Of a stretch of DNA of 64,000 nt, positions 52,101 through 64,000 are shown piece after piece. Where the stretch lies: the NCBI RefSeq assembly GCF_036321535.1, contig NC_087437.1:10666001-10730000 (forward strand). Direction: 5' to 3'. Position numbers and translations under genes: made by a program. How positions within the stretch are numbered: the first letter of the stretch is position 1; every line of letters begins with the position of its first letter. The notes under the pieces are model-generated. The model saw only the letters and a list, made by a program, of their open reading frames with translations, was not told where the DNA came from and ran no database searches. Origin of the DNA: Camelus dromedarius (Eukaryota).

Positions 52101-53197
52101 TCTCATTGGCCAGCTAGGGTGCTCTCCATTTCCTGCTCTGGTTAACGTGCCGTCATCGGCACAGCGGACCAGAGTCGTCTGCTGAAATGGTGATCCAGCT
52201 CCCCACAGACTGTGTTTTGAGGGACATCAGGAGGGTTCACATTGCTCGGAGCCAGGGGGTAGCCCATCTCAACCAGGTGGAAGAAGGTAATTGCTGCGTT
52301 CACATATAAGCAGCTGGGTACCAGATGCCAGAAGCTGTTCAACATCCTGTCTAGCAGGACAGCTACTGTGGGGACTTCCGCCAGTTGGGGCTTACAAAGG
52401 TCCATCTGTATTTTTCCTGCAGGGTCGCTCTGAGTATAGAAAGGGGGGTTATAACAGGGGACCGCTCCTGCGTCTTTAACTCTTTGATGGTGTTACCCAT
52501 CTCTGCGGTCCTTCCCGGTCAATGCAAATGCTTTTGATTTCCTGTCTTGAGTGGGGACAGACTTGTGGGGAAACATTTGAGAGGCTTATACTCAGCCCTT
52601 CTTACCAAAATGGCACTTATCCCTCATGTCAGAGAACCAGTCAGAGGGTCTCCCAATTACACACTTGAAGTCAGGTAAACCCCAAGGTGGGTCTGTCTGT
52701 ACATCCATTGGACCAGGGCCAACACTTCAGTAATTACTTGGCCTCCATGAGCCCCCACACTAACTGGAGGGACATATGGTATTTAAGATTCCCCAGTATT
52801 GGTGTAGTTTGGAGCTCTGATGTAATAGTCCTCAAAAAGTCTGGAGTTCTTTTTCCTAGGGCACAGTTATCCATGCAAAAAATTCTTCGCTCTGTTCCGT
52901 CTCACACGTGCTCCTTTGTCTGGTATGTTTGCCTCCCCTCTTCCCTTGGGTATCGTCTGACCTCCCTAGTGAGGGCAGATCAATCATATATTAATTCTCC
53001 TTGATTTTAAATGAATGCCAGTCTCTTCTGAAGTTCGCAGAGGGCAACGTTGTTACCCGCTTTGTGCTCTGCTGTGCCCCTAGCTTAGTACGAGCCTCAC
53101 ACATCAAGAGATTAGTAACTGAGGAGTGAGTGGATTATTCGGTGGGTGAGAGAAAGCGAAGGAGTGTTTTACCCTGGCGTCAGGAGCCCGGTTGTTC

Positions 53198-53319
53198 TGG
53201 GGGACAGGTAATTAGATTTATATATATTTTTTTTTCTTTAGTGGAGATACCGGGGACTGAACCCAGGACCTGGTGCATGCTAAAGCCTGCGCTTTACCAC
53301 TTGAGCTGTATTTTCCCCC
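53198..53319 (-). mobile_element. Camelid tRNA-Ala-derived SINE (diverged)
   Basis: tggagataccggggactgaacccaggacctggtgcatgctaaagcctgcgctttaccacttgagctgta; no clear TSD. Confidence 0.9.
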
Positions 53320-54039
53320 TGTCTCAGCAATTCTAAGAAGCTCTTTTGCCTCTATACCTTAACATTTCTGATAGCAATTGTTTTTGGCCAGGCAGCTGTT
53401 GTGAATTAGCTGTTATTGCCTGTGCATTCATAAGCAAACAAACAAATATATACCTTGTAAAAAGAGCGTCAGCAACTTGGACAGAAATTCCCGGGGCAGG
53501 AGTGGAGCTGCGCTCGATGTACACTGCATCAGCCACGCTCTTGCTGACCCAAAACGACTAGGGTTGATGGTAGAACAGTCATCCCTGAGCTGAAAGTGAT
53601 ACAGAAGATTTGGAATCTGAATGTAAAGAATTTCTAGTATTAATCAGGCATTTTTTGTTCACATAATATCATTCTTGAGCACAAATAAAAAGATTATCCT
53701 CTATCACGTTATACTTATCGTGAGAGCCCATTCAATGGCATAATTTTCATGTGCTAAGAAATCACTTAGTTGTAGTTTAATTTGGCAATTTTTTAAAATT
53801 TCTTAGTGATTCATAAAGTAATAGTTTATCATCATTTTCCAATCTGTGAGATACGGCATTATACACAGTGGTCTTGAGGGCCCCCGTTAACATATATGGG
53901 CATTTTATGTGAATTAGAGAGGGGCCAGCCTTGTGGCTGGATGGGAGGTGTGAGGATATCCGCCAGCTGTCTTTGGGAGGGGGAATCAGCTGTGCTGTGG
54001 GTGGCAGCTTCTGCCAGCCTAAGTTCTACAAAGAATATG

Positions 54040-54252
54040 TTTTTTTAATGGAGTTACTGGGGATTGAACCCAGGACCTTGTGCATGCTAAGCACGCACTC
54101 TACCGCTGAGCTGTACCCTCCCCTCCCTAAGGATAGTCTTTTTTCTGCCAATTTTTTATTTTTTATTTTATTTTTTAATGGAGGTACTGGGGATTGAACC
54201 AGGACCTTGTGCTTGCTACCCATGCGCTCTACCACTGAGCTATACTACCTCC
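54040..54252 (-). mobile_element. Two tandem camelid SINE monomers (54152-54252 and 54040-54123) with a 28-bp spacer
   Basis: Both contain ggggattgaacc(c)aggaccttgtgc..gcta...ctctacc.ctgagct; imperfect outer TSD ttctacaaagaata / ttcttataaagaaca. Confidence 0.9.
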
Positions 54253-54546
54253 TTCTTATAAAGAACAATTTTATCTCAGAGTCTGGAACAGAATATCACA
54301 GGTAGTTTTAGGCCTTGCTGCCCTGTTTTTGAATGCTCTGACTTGGAAGAAAGGTTATAGGAAAACTTTGCATAGCAATATGAGTATCATTCAAAACAAT
54401 ATGTTTCTATTTTTAAAAATCATTCTCTTTAAGGTAGTTTTTTCTAATGGATAAGCCTATTGTGTAAAAGTTTTATCTGGGCATATCAGGGTGTTTCTGG
54501 GTAGACAGGAAGACTAGCAGAATTTTAATTCTGATTGAGACTGTCC

Positions 54547-54559
54547 AGGTCAGTGACCT
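54547..54559. promoter_or_regulatory. Perfect IR1 nuclear-receptor element (FXR/RXR type)
   Basis: AGGTCA g TGACCT. Confidence 0.45.
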
Positions 54560-56566
54560 CATAATCTTTTCAGAATGAGGCTCTAACTATGAAGCATTCC
54601 AGTCCCCCTCCTAGGAACGTTGCTCAGCTCCTGAAAGGCCAGCCTTTGATGGTTGATATAGGTCTTTATATTTATGCATTTTTGTTTGCCCATATACTCT
54701 GGAACTCCTTTTCACACTGATTGTGTCTAAATTTTTAATTTTTACAGCCTTACTTTGCCCCAGCAGCTAAACCTAATTTACCCACTACAGTAACAATTTT
54801 GAATATAATTAGGAATATTCTACAAAATTAATACTTTGTATGCACAGCCTGCCGTAAGGATACTGATAAGAAGTAATCAAGAAGAATGTTAGTTCCTGTT
54901 GTGGGAAACATTCAAACTTACATTCGTTCAGTACTTGGATTCTGGGTCCCTTCTAAGTGTCTGAAATGCACTTCTATTATGAATTGGAAGATTTATAATT
55001 TATACTTTTAGGTTTATCGTTACATTCAGATAGGTCATCTCATTTTATGTGGAATATCTTTTCTTGCCTGTGATTCCTTTCCCATCCCCCATTCTTACTG
55101 TAGTGCAGACAGAGCAGTGCAGTTTGTTATAATCTGACCCCAAACTGCTGTCTGGGAGTACAGGTAATTATGAGAGATTAGAGGCAAAAGCTGCAACTCA
55201 GGAGATTAAGAAGGAAATCAGGCAGAACCAGGATCTGTGGTACCTGGTGGGGAAAAATATGTCGTTCAGGGCACAGCTCCTGTTTACTTTTTCCTGCATC
55301 CCAGGGTTCACACAAACTTATAATCTTCCCAGTGCTTTTTAGAAATGGGATGTGATCCATTAGCTAGAGGAATCGTAGTGTCCTAGTAAATTGGGCCTCT
55401 TACCTTACTGCCCCAATGTATGCCATTGTAAAATACTCTGGCAAAAAGAGTTTAAACTGGAGGAATTTAGGGGAGCCAGTACAGAGTTTCAGAACATCAG
55501 TAGAAATATTCCACCGTAAGTGTGCACGTTGCAGCCCAAACCATGAAGATGCTCACATTTGGTACCAGGAGAAAACGTTCTGTGACTGAAGGCATTCACG
55601 GGGGACTTTTATTGTTAGCCACGTCATTAGGTATCAACAAACTGCCTACATGGATTCCCTAAAATATGTCAGGCAAAATAACAACAGATCCTTGTTCCTT
55701 TTGGCCATTCCATCACCATTAGTTACTAGCCAAGCACAGAATGATCAGGAGAAGTAAGTGGGTGGAATCCCAACATTGCTTCTCGTTTTTAACTCTCATT
55801 TTCAGAGTTTGGATGGGGTGAGAATGAGGAGCTGTGGGATTTTGTGAGGGTTTTGTTACAGCTGATTATATTTTCTTTCCACCACTGCCCATTATTTATA
55901 ATTGAAAAACAATTATCTTTATTTTTTACCTTGATTGGGAAAACCATATCCTATTCCCATCAGATCTTTTCGGTATGTAACTGGGTCTAAGGTTGAACAG
56001 GTCCAGTAACGCTGCGGGTTATTTTTCCTGGGAGACTGAGGGACAGGCGGATCATCACACTTCGTGGTTAATCAGCTCTTAGAGTTGATCGCATATTACC
56101 CTGTTTTGAATTCACTGGCTAATCCAGTAAGCAGCGTTTGTAGTATCTCAGAGAGGGAAAGACACAAAGCTGGCTAACAATGGAATTTCCCGTTTTTCAC
56201 TGGCAGGAACCCCAGCCCCGTAACGGGGAAGGGCCCACCAATCCCACCATTCCCCTAGTGAGGAAATGTCCCCCTGAAGAGGAGTTCTCCTGGCCGCTGG
56301 CCCCAGCCCCCGCCACGTGAGTACAGTGACAGCTCTGAGGCCCTCGGCAAGTTCCCCATTTCTCAGTAGCCATTTATCTGATGGGAAAATTGGCCAGACC
56401 CTCTTCCTTTTCATCCTCCGAAATGTTCCAGAAAAGGACTCCTTTTTATCCCTTTCTTTTTTTCTTTTTTTTTTTTTTTTTTTACAAGTTTAATAGAAAT
56501 TGCTGGATAGGAGGTTAAGACTCAGGTTCAGTGTGATTACTGAAAGCAAACTGTTGCTGTCTGGAG

Positions 56567-56769
56567 CAGTTCTGTCCAATAGAACTTTCTGCAGTGATGG
56601 AAATGTTCTAATCTGCACCTTTCCATACAGTAACCACTAACCACATGTGGCTCTCGAGTAATTGAAATGTAGTACAGCTGAGGAATTTAGTTTTTAATTT
56701 CATTTAATTTTAATTAATTTAAATTTAATTCTCCACGTATGACTGGGGGCTGCTGTGTTGGACAGTGAA
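56567..56769. mobile_element. MER3-like hAT-Charlie MITE
   Basis: cagttctgtccaatagaactttctgcagtgatggaaatgttcta...ccactaaccacatgtggct...ttggacagtg. Confidence 0.9.
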
Positions 56770-57371
56770 TGCCTGTGTTTACTGCCGTGTGCCTGAGCTG
56801 TTTAGCCCCTCTGAACATTTCCATAGATATACCCCTCCACCTCTATTTCATAACCCAGAAATTTTTGCCTTGTATAATTATATTCATCATTCTAAATATG
56901 ATTCTCTAATAGTAGGAAAATCCTTAAGTTAAAAATTCTCTTTTGAAAATTTATTCTCCCATACTGCCCTTATGTAGTTTTAATTACTTTATGATATTAA
57001 GAAAATTTATTCAAGCTTAAACATATAATATATCTATTTAAGTAACCCAGCTTTATTTTCTTCTTTGCACATTTTAATTTGCAACTTCAATATATATGTA
57101 GAAGTAATTACACACATTAAAATAACTTTCCCATTTTATTATTCCTTTTTAAATGAGACTGTAAAATATCTTACATTAGTACAGTATGTGCAATGCTATT
57201 ACCTAAACATTAAATTTAGCATTTACTAATATGGTACTTACCAGTTTCAAAATTTGGTTCTAATAGGTGGGTTACTGAAATTACAGATTAATTAAATTTG
57301 TAGTTTTAACTGCTGGAGTAGATGTCCTTCCACTGTCGGGCTATCATTAAAGATCACTTGCATCATAAGAT

Positions 57372-57473
57372 GTTAGGAAGTTGTGTGTGAGATATATGGG
57401 AACTCTCTGTACTATCTGTGCTATTTTTCTATAAATCTAAAACTATTCTAAAGTGTTTCAAGTTTATTTTAAA
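57372..57473 (+). mobile_element. Ancient L1 (L1MC-like) 3' terminus
   Basis: gatatatgggaactctctgtactatctgtgctatttttctataaatctaaaactattctaaa. Confidence 0.8.
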
Positions 57474-57579
57474 GTATTACTTACGTCAAATTTTGTCATG
57501 CTATCTGTTTATATTCATCAATGTGCATTTATTGGATGCTGGGTATGCATCTAAAATAAGAATCATCAGATCAGCAGTG

Positions 57580-57760
57580 GGTAGCACTTACCTAGGTATC
57601 TCAACATGGCAACTTCAGACCATCCCTCAGAGATAATATTGTCATGATCTTACAGATGAGGAAGCTAAAGCCTGGAATACAAAGTGATTCAGCCAGGGTT
57701 ACTTAGCTGGTCCACAGCAGAACCACAATTTGAACCAAGTAAGTCAGAGCCTTGAGTCAC
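57580..57760 (-). mobile_element. MIR SINE
   Basis: ttacagatgaggaagctaaagcct...aagtgattcagccagggttacttagctgg...gcagaaccacaatttgaacc. Confidence 0.75.
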
Positions 57761-58815
57761 CATACTGGGTCTTGATTAGGCAGTATAAGATTTGTTCTCT
57801 CTGCCATCAGTGTGGCAAGACAAACTTTCCACTGTAAGAAATCTAAAATAAAGTAATACCCCAGTAATAAATTACTTTTACAACTTGAAAAATATAGAAG
57901 TATGTTTTATTTCTGTTACAGTGATTCAGACTTTATTTCTCTACAGTGGTTCATTATCTTTATGAGTGAAGAATCTTGACAGGAAATGTCTCTGTTAGTG
58001 GGGTTTTAAAAAATTGATGTATGCCTCATTAAGATAGTGACTAGGAATGAAAAAAAAAAAAAATGAAGAGCGCAATACCTAAAGGGTAGGGGAAATGGAT
58101 GTGGTAGGTTTTCTCCTAAAGACAAAGTTTTTATGAGACAAAATTTTTAAGAAACTTAAGGTAATTTGCGGCATATCATTTTATTACTACAGTGTTATTT
58201 TACCATTTGTCTGTCAGTGTTTTGTTTTACCATATGTTTGTGTTTTCTTCTTTTTTTTTTTGATTGAAGTTTAGTCCATTAACTATATGTCTGTTAATGC
58301 TATTCTTCCTGTACATTAAAGTGTAGATCTTTGATTGTTAACATTTAAATATGGGAAAGGTTGCCAGTGAAATTTCAACATTTCTTTGAGATATTTTTAA
58401 TGAGCTTTGGAAAGTATTTCTTCGGCTGAAAATAGGGAAGAAAAAAGATGGAGTTTTTTGAATAGCTCAAAAATTGTTTCAGATGGAATATATTGGTTCA
58501 TCTGCTCATTTGATGAATATTTATATGCCCATTGGCAGATTAACACATTCAACAGCATGATCTAGCTACTGCATGGACTTAAGGTCATGCATTTACTCGT
58601 CAGCAAGAGAGACAATGTAAATGCTTTAAGGGAATTTGAATCATAAACAGGTGCAACTCTTCTGGGATCATTCCTTTTCTGTACACACTTGTGAACCAAT
58701 TGGCAATCCTCTGTTGACTTTTGCAAATTATTTGGATTTGAAGGATGGAGCTTTCCTGCTTAGGATGTAGATTGTTAAATCTCTATTAAAATTTTTGTGA
58801 AAATGTAGGAAGTTC

Positions 58816-58835
58816 GGGGCAAAGGTCATGTTTGC
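58816..58835 (+). promoter_or_regulatory. DR1 element (HNF4/PPAR-RXR type) abutting a FOXA-type motif
   Basis: GGGGCA A AGGTCA (58816-58828) immediately followed by TGTTTGC (58829-58835). Confidence 0.4.
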
Positions 58836-59708
58836 GAATTAAGGAAATTTTAAATTCTAGTACACACTGACCAATGAAAATTTAGGTTAAAATTGTTGAC
58901 TTAGAATGACATCCTAACTTGACATAATTATCATCCTTACCAGGCTAGGTGATTCATGTTACCTAAGGTTGGTTGGCTCACTCCTATGTAGTTCTGTGCT
59001 GGGCAAAGGAGAAGTGAGGCTTTGTCTCTGATGGGAAAATGACACTCAATGCTCTCACTTTTTAAAGGACAGTGTACAGCAAGAGATCTGGTAAGACCAG
59101 TAAGAAGGTAGAAAATCTTGAAAGACCATGATTTCTTCTCAAATGCCTATGATACAGCAGAGCTTAAGATGGACAAGTTCTTTTTATGCCATTGGGTTCC
59201 GTTCTCCACAGCACAGCACACCCCTTTGCTCAAATAGCAACTATATGTCCTGGATTTCCCAGAGTAAGCCAACTTTCTGGTCTTCCATCCTGTTTTTTCC
59301 GTAAGTGCCCTTGTACTAATTAGAGCATATGTCCCATAAAAAAAAATCATACTTAGAAAAAATAACAAAGTAAATGATAGAGAAGGTTTGAGGGTGACAT
59401 TTTGCATTGGGAAAGTAGCTGAAGTATACGTAAGACTTCGGTATCTGAGTTTGAATCTGCTTTCGTGTAACTGCTAAGTGCTGCGTTTGGTAGAATATCC
59501 TAGTTTGGTGTGTACATTTTAATTAAGTGTGTTGGTTAAATCAACCTGGTTGTGGTATTTTCTTCATGCTATTAAAAATAGTGAATTTTTTTTGTTAAAA
59601 TGAACAGAGACTTTAAATTCATCCATTTCTATTGGAAACAATATGTTCTCAAGCTCTAACTTGTTTCTGCTATCAATGGTGAGCAAAAGAAAATACTTTA
59701 TATCTTTT

Positions 59709-59856
59709 AAAATTTATTTTTTGTTTTTTAAATTTTGGGGGGGTAATTAGGTTTATTTAATTGTTATTATAATTTTGTAGTAGAGGTACTGGGAATTAAA
59801 CCCAGGACCTCGTGCATGCTAAGCACACACTCTACCACTTGAACTATACCCTCCCC
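59709..59856 (-). mobile_element. Camelid tRNA-Ala-derived SINE
   Basis: gaggtactgggaattaaacccaggacctcgtgcatgctaagcacacactctaccacttgaactataccctcccc; degenerate TSD ending ttatatcttt on both sides. Confidence 0.93.
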
Positions 59857-60030
59857 ACTAAAGATATCTTATATCTTTAACCTATTTTTAAAGAGAGGGT
59901 TGGTATGAGTATGGTTTAAAGAAAGTTCAACAGAATAAATATTTAATGTATTAACAAAAGAAAACCAAGATTAAAGTCTTAGCATACTTTCTCTTTCTAC
60001 ATATTCACTTCTCATTTAAAAATAGTACAA

Positions 60031-60275
60031 CAAATACGTTATATTCAAAAGTTATTAAGAGAGTAAATCCTCAAAACTCTCATCACAAGGAAAAATAATT
60101 CTTTTATTCCTTTAATTTTATATCCACGAGTGATGTGGATGTTCACTAAACTTATTGTGATACTCCTTTCATGATGGTGTAAGTCCAGACAATATGCTGT
60201 ATACCTTAAACTTATACAGTGCTCTGTGTCAATTATATCTCAAAGAAACTGGAAGAAAAAATAAATAAAAATTTT
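60031..60275 (+). mobile_element. L1 3' end (L1MA-like, older subfamily)
   Basis: aagagagtaaatcctcaaaactctcatcacaaggaaaa...taccttaaacttatacagtgctctgtgtcaattatatctcaaagaaactgga; TSD aaaat(ag/gg)(t/c)acaa at 60019-60030 and 60276-60287. Confidence 0.88.
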
Positions 60276-61219
60276 AAAATGGCACAAAAATTAGATGACT
60301 AGAACTGGTAGTTTGGGGATTTAAAAAATTACTATATACCTTTCTGAATCTGGAAGAGGAATGATTGAAGGTCCTAATGAAACATAAATCAAAATATTGC
60401 ATGTAAACACTTTATAAATCAAATAATAAATAAAATTTTAGTTATAAATTTTACTAATTGTCTGCAACCAACAGAGCTTTCCTCCAGGGCAAAACGTTAT
60501 AGCTTTCTTTCCAGGATGTGTTTGCACATTGGCCCAGGAAGCACCTCTTAAGTGTTAAGATGTTGTTAATTCCCTGAGGAACCTCTACCTGAGTTTATAC
60601 AGAGTTACTCCCAAAGAAGATAAATGACTGAAGCAAATAGCTCGGAGGACTGCTGTGAACTAGCCTCACAGTACAGTTTGTGCCCTTTAGTCGCATAGTA
60701 GGGAGGCAGACTTTCTGAAATAATTGCAAATTGTGTAAAACTGTGATGCTAAGTTCTGCTGAGTTCAGGTACTTGTTAGGACCATAGGCTAACAGAACCT
60801 AAAGGGAAGAAGAAGAGAGTATTTTACTTTCCTCTGTTTTGTTCAAATTTGGATTTTTTATAAGCAGATGAATTTTTTAGATGCTCATTACCCGCTCTTA
60901 AACTTGATTGATTTTAATACTTTGAGTTTTAAAAAATTTTTAATACTTAAATATAATAATTTACCTCTTTCATACTGTATATGCATTAGTTGTTAATTTA
61001 TACAGATGATTAGAAAGAACATATTATTTTAGAAGAACAAAGAGCTTTGAAAAACAGTAGATAAATGGTGCTACCCATGAACAGAGTCCCTTTTTTTAAA
61101 GCTTAGACCTTTAAAGGCATCTCGTATCTGAGTGCTTTCCATCTGAAATCTGACTGAAGTTTCATATACTACCTTGTTTCTTCTTTAGTCTCAAAGAGCT
61201 TTCAAGACAGAAATTAGGG

Positions 61220-61361
61220 TGGTAGAGCGCCTGCTTAGCACACTTAAGGTCCTGGGTTAAATCCCCAGTGCCTCCATTAAAAAGAAAAAAAAAACTGAAT
61301 AAAAGTAAATAAATAAATAAATGTAATTAACCCCCCCAAAAAAATTTTTTTTAAAAATGAA
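61220..61361 (+). mobile_element. 5'-truncated camelid tRNA-Ala-derived SINE
   Basis: tggtagagcgcctgcttagcacacttaaggtcctgggttaaatccccagtgcctcca plus tail; TSD aaga(c/t)ag(a/g)aattaggg at 61204-61219 and 61362-61377. Confidence 0.92.
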
Positions 61362-63634
61362 AAGATAGGAATTAGGGAATAAATTCCCAGAAAGCGTAAA
61401 AGAACAGAGTTGTAGGCTAGAGGGCTCTAGCAGATGTGATAGGAGTGAGCATTCTTCCCCGTGGCTTCACCTACACACAACACAAGGAAGACTGTCACCT
61501 CGTAAAGCAGAGAGCATGGACCACGCCCCAGCCTGCCCCCAGGATCATCCAACAGCTCTCTTTCATGCACAGGTGATGCGTGGTTGTGCTTACCTGAGAA
61601 ATAATGCTGTGTAAATACATCTAGAAAAAGATCTCTTTTAAAGCTGTATTTGAACTCTGTGAGAGCCTTAAGATGCCAGGCTTTTTGAACAGCATAAAAC
61701 ACAACCTCTCTTTAAGCTGTAGTGTATTTCCTAATCTAGCTGCAGCCGATCTCAAATTCTCAGCATTGCGCAGAAGTTAGAAACATTCTTTTGTCTGCCT
61801 GGCTTACATTTTGCAGTGTGCTTTGCTCCTTTATGGGTCTGTCAGAGATTCTCAGAAGTCATTGAGCCCAAGTATGGGGACTGGATTCCAAAGAAATCCA
61901 AGAACTCACTGGGATTGCCCTATCTCTCTGCCATAGGCAGGCCTGGCCCTGCCAAGAACAGCTTTCTGCACGCTTTGCTCTCTCTCTTTCTGGGAAAAGA
62001 CCTGAAAATGTGGGTTTCGAAAGGCTTCCCAGCCTGCAGAATAAGTAGATGGAACAGAACCACCAACAGAGCTGACATTAAGCAATTCAACTATGTTCCT
62101 TACCTCTCAGTGCCTAACCTAAATGCCAATATGAAAAGGCTTTTGTGTCTACCAGACAAGGAAAGGAAGTATCAGCAAATCAAAAAGTAAGATCATCATG
62201 AGTTGCCTTTATTTTTATGTACATTCTAATTGAATAATTCAGATTCCATCTCATTTTTTTGTAAATAGAAGTTTGAACTAGATCTCTCTTTGGATTCCAT
62301 GTTCTACCTTAATTGCGGGGCCACACACACTGAAACGAAACACCCATCTTCTGGGCTCACCCTGTTATTGACTGCTGTTATGTTTCCAAAGCCTGCCAAA
62401 TGCTTTTTTGTTTTTTAAATAAGCAAATCTACCCACGGGACGTTCCAGAAGGGCCATCCTGCGCTCCTCAGCGTGTGGTGCTGGAAATTTGTTTTTCATC
62501 CTTCAGTGACCTTGGAGCCAATAGAACAAAGTGAATTTTTTTCTTTCACTAGCATTCTGCTCATTGACAAGGCAGATATAGTTCAGAGAGACTAAGAAAT
62601 ACTAAGAGCAAAACTTGTAACTCATATGTACAGTTGAATAACACCCCAAATTAGTTCAACTGTCTGCTTAACTGACTGATTTTCGTTTTCTTCCACCCTC
62701 TCTAATCATGAGAAAATAAGTGAGATGTAAAAGAACCATAACCTTTTGACAAATGCAGACACAATTATGAAGCCACAATTAAATTAACCAAAATAGGAGA
62801 GAAAAAAAGCAAATGCTGTTTGACAGCAGGGGAGCGCTGTCAACACCTTCAGGCCCTCTGCAGTTACCTTTCTACTGCTCTGAGGTCTGCCATGCACACT
62901 CAGCATGTGAGCAAATTACTCGTGCCTTGGGCCACCTTAGGTTGTCAGGGAAGCTTCTGGAGAAGGTCCGTGGCTGTAGTGTTGAGAGCTACTGTACCTG
63001 TCTCCATTCCTCTCCATTCCATGTTCCTCAGAACTTTTGTGAGCTGTGAAAACCACAGATTAGAACGAAGCCCCCTTGTCTCAGCATATTTTTTATATAA
63101 TGAATCAAATAATTGTGTTAGTTTTACATGTTGGAAAATAAAAACTATAAAATTCACTTTGTGCTAAACAGTTTTATTCTGAATAACTAAAAGATCCCCC
63201 CCACCCCCACCCCCACCTTGGTCTTGGCTCCAAGTCCTGTGAGTTTGGGTGGGGGTCAGGTGCTTTCTCCAGTTTCCAGATGAAGAGTCCCAGCACGGCG
63301 GTTAAGTGACTGAGTTGGCTGTCGTGTCTGTGGCCTTGCAGGACAGCGGCAAGCCGGTGGATGACACTTGTGGAGTTATTTTATGATTTGGAGTAGATGT
63401 GACAGGTGGGCACTTTGAGCCACTGAGCTGCCTCTCAGAAGGCCTTCGGCACACAGTTGGAGTCAGTGTGAAAGCCCGAGATACGAGATGCGGCACTTCT
63501 GGAACTGCTAGCGCTGCATGCAGAAGACCGGGGTTCAGGTCTCTGCTGGGTCACAGCCACTCAGTGACCTGTGGTCACTGGGCCCTTCTGGCCTGCCGTA
63601 CGGGCTGCTGCTTGCGGGGGCCTTAGCTTAGTGC

Positions 63635-63800
63635 TCGGGCTCAAATCCTGGCCTGCCTTCTCTGTTTCCTGTTTCCTCACCTATAAAGTGGTAACAGTGT
63701 CTACCTCGTAGGTTATGTACAACGCTCTCAAACCCTGTGTGATTTTTGGTGTGTAATAAACCATCTAGAGCTTATGAGTATTATATTACTATTACTATTA
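63635..63800 (+). mobile_element. MIR SINE
   Basis: gggctcaaatcctggcc...tctctgtttcctgtttcctcacctataaagtggtaacagtgtctacctcgtagg. Confidence 0.75.
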
Positions 63801-64000
63801 GTAGGATTAATGGGATGTTTCACAGCATGCTATAAACTTTATTGATACATAATCGGAGGAGATTAAATATGTAGATAAATATCTATAATATAAGGTGGAT
63901 GAGGATGCTCTAAAGCTCTTTGGTAATTACAGAAAAGAGATGATTTCCATCAGGGTTATCAAGGGTTGTATTTTTGAGCTTGATCCTAAAGGGCATAAAG

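Noticed and set aside
62821..62839. CTCF site
   Set aside because: acagcaggggagcgct needs a gap to fit the core consensus
63562..63580. Palindrome cagtgacc-tgt-ggtcactg as an estrogen response element
   Set aside because: The half-sites are everted (TGACC...GGTCA), the opposite of an ERE, and an 8-bp stem is expected by chance
403..63626. ORF-track ORFs as genes (e.g. 23644-24126, 35397-35870, 51488-51922, 61816-62190)
   Set aside because: Short, often with non-ATG starts, many inside L2/L1/MIR or antisense to them, and with no recognisable domains; consistent with chance ORFs

Overview
Non-coding mammalian genomic DNA, very probably camelid (alpaca/vicuna/llama/camel). It carries nine monomers of a tRNA-Ala(AGC)-derived SINE matching the camelid vic-1 type, plus cetartiodactyl-type L1 3' ends. 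I find no convincing protein-coding exon, functional RNA gene, CRISPR array or prokaryotic/viral system. The only ORF-track peptides I recognise are transposon debris (Tigger1 transposase, L1 ORF2 C-terminus). The window looks like the interior of a long intron (possibly transcribed from the + strand) or intergenic DNA, densely populated by ancient repeats (MIR, L2, L1M, MLT1, MER, Tigger1) and younger lineage-specific insertions with intact target-site duplications (TSDs). The most interesting observations are: a TSD-flanked, apparently chimeric L1 3' element (young L1 3'UTR joined to an ancient-type L1M 3' end); two head-to-tail SINE dimers, each bracketed by one TSD pair (perfect in one case, imperfect in the other); a twin-primed 5'-inverted L1; a triple-CCAAT candidate internal promoter next to a strong splice donor; and consensus nuclear-receptor elements (IR1 and DR1). 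Repeat family names come from my recall of consensus sequences, and ancient-repeat boundaries are approximate (tens of bp). I cannot identify the host gene and do not claim a new biological system.
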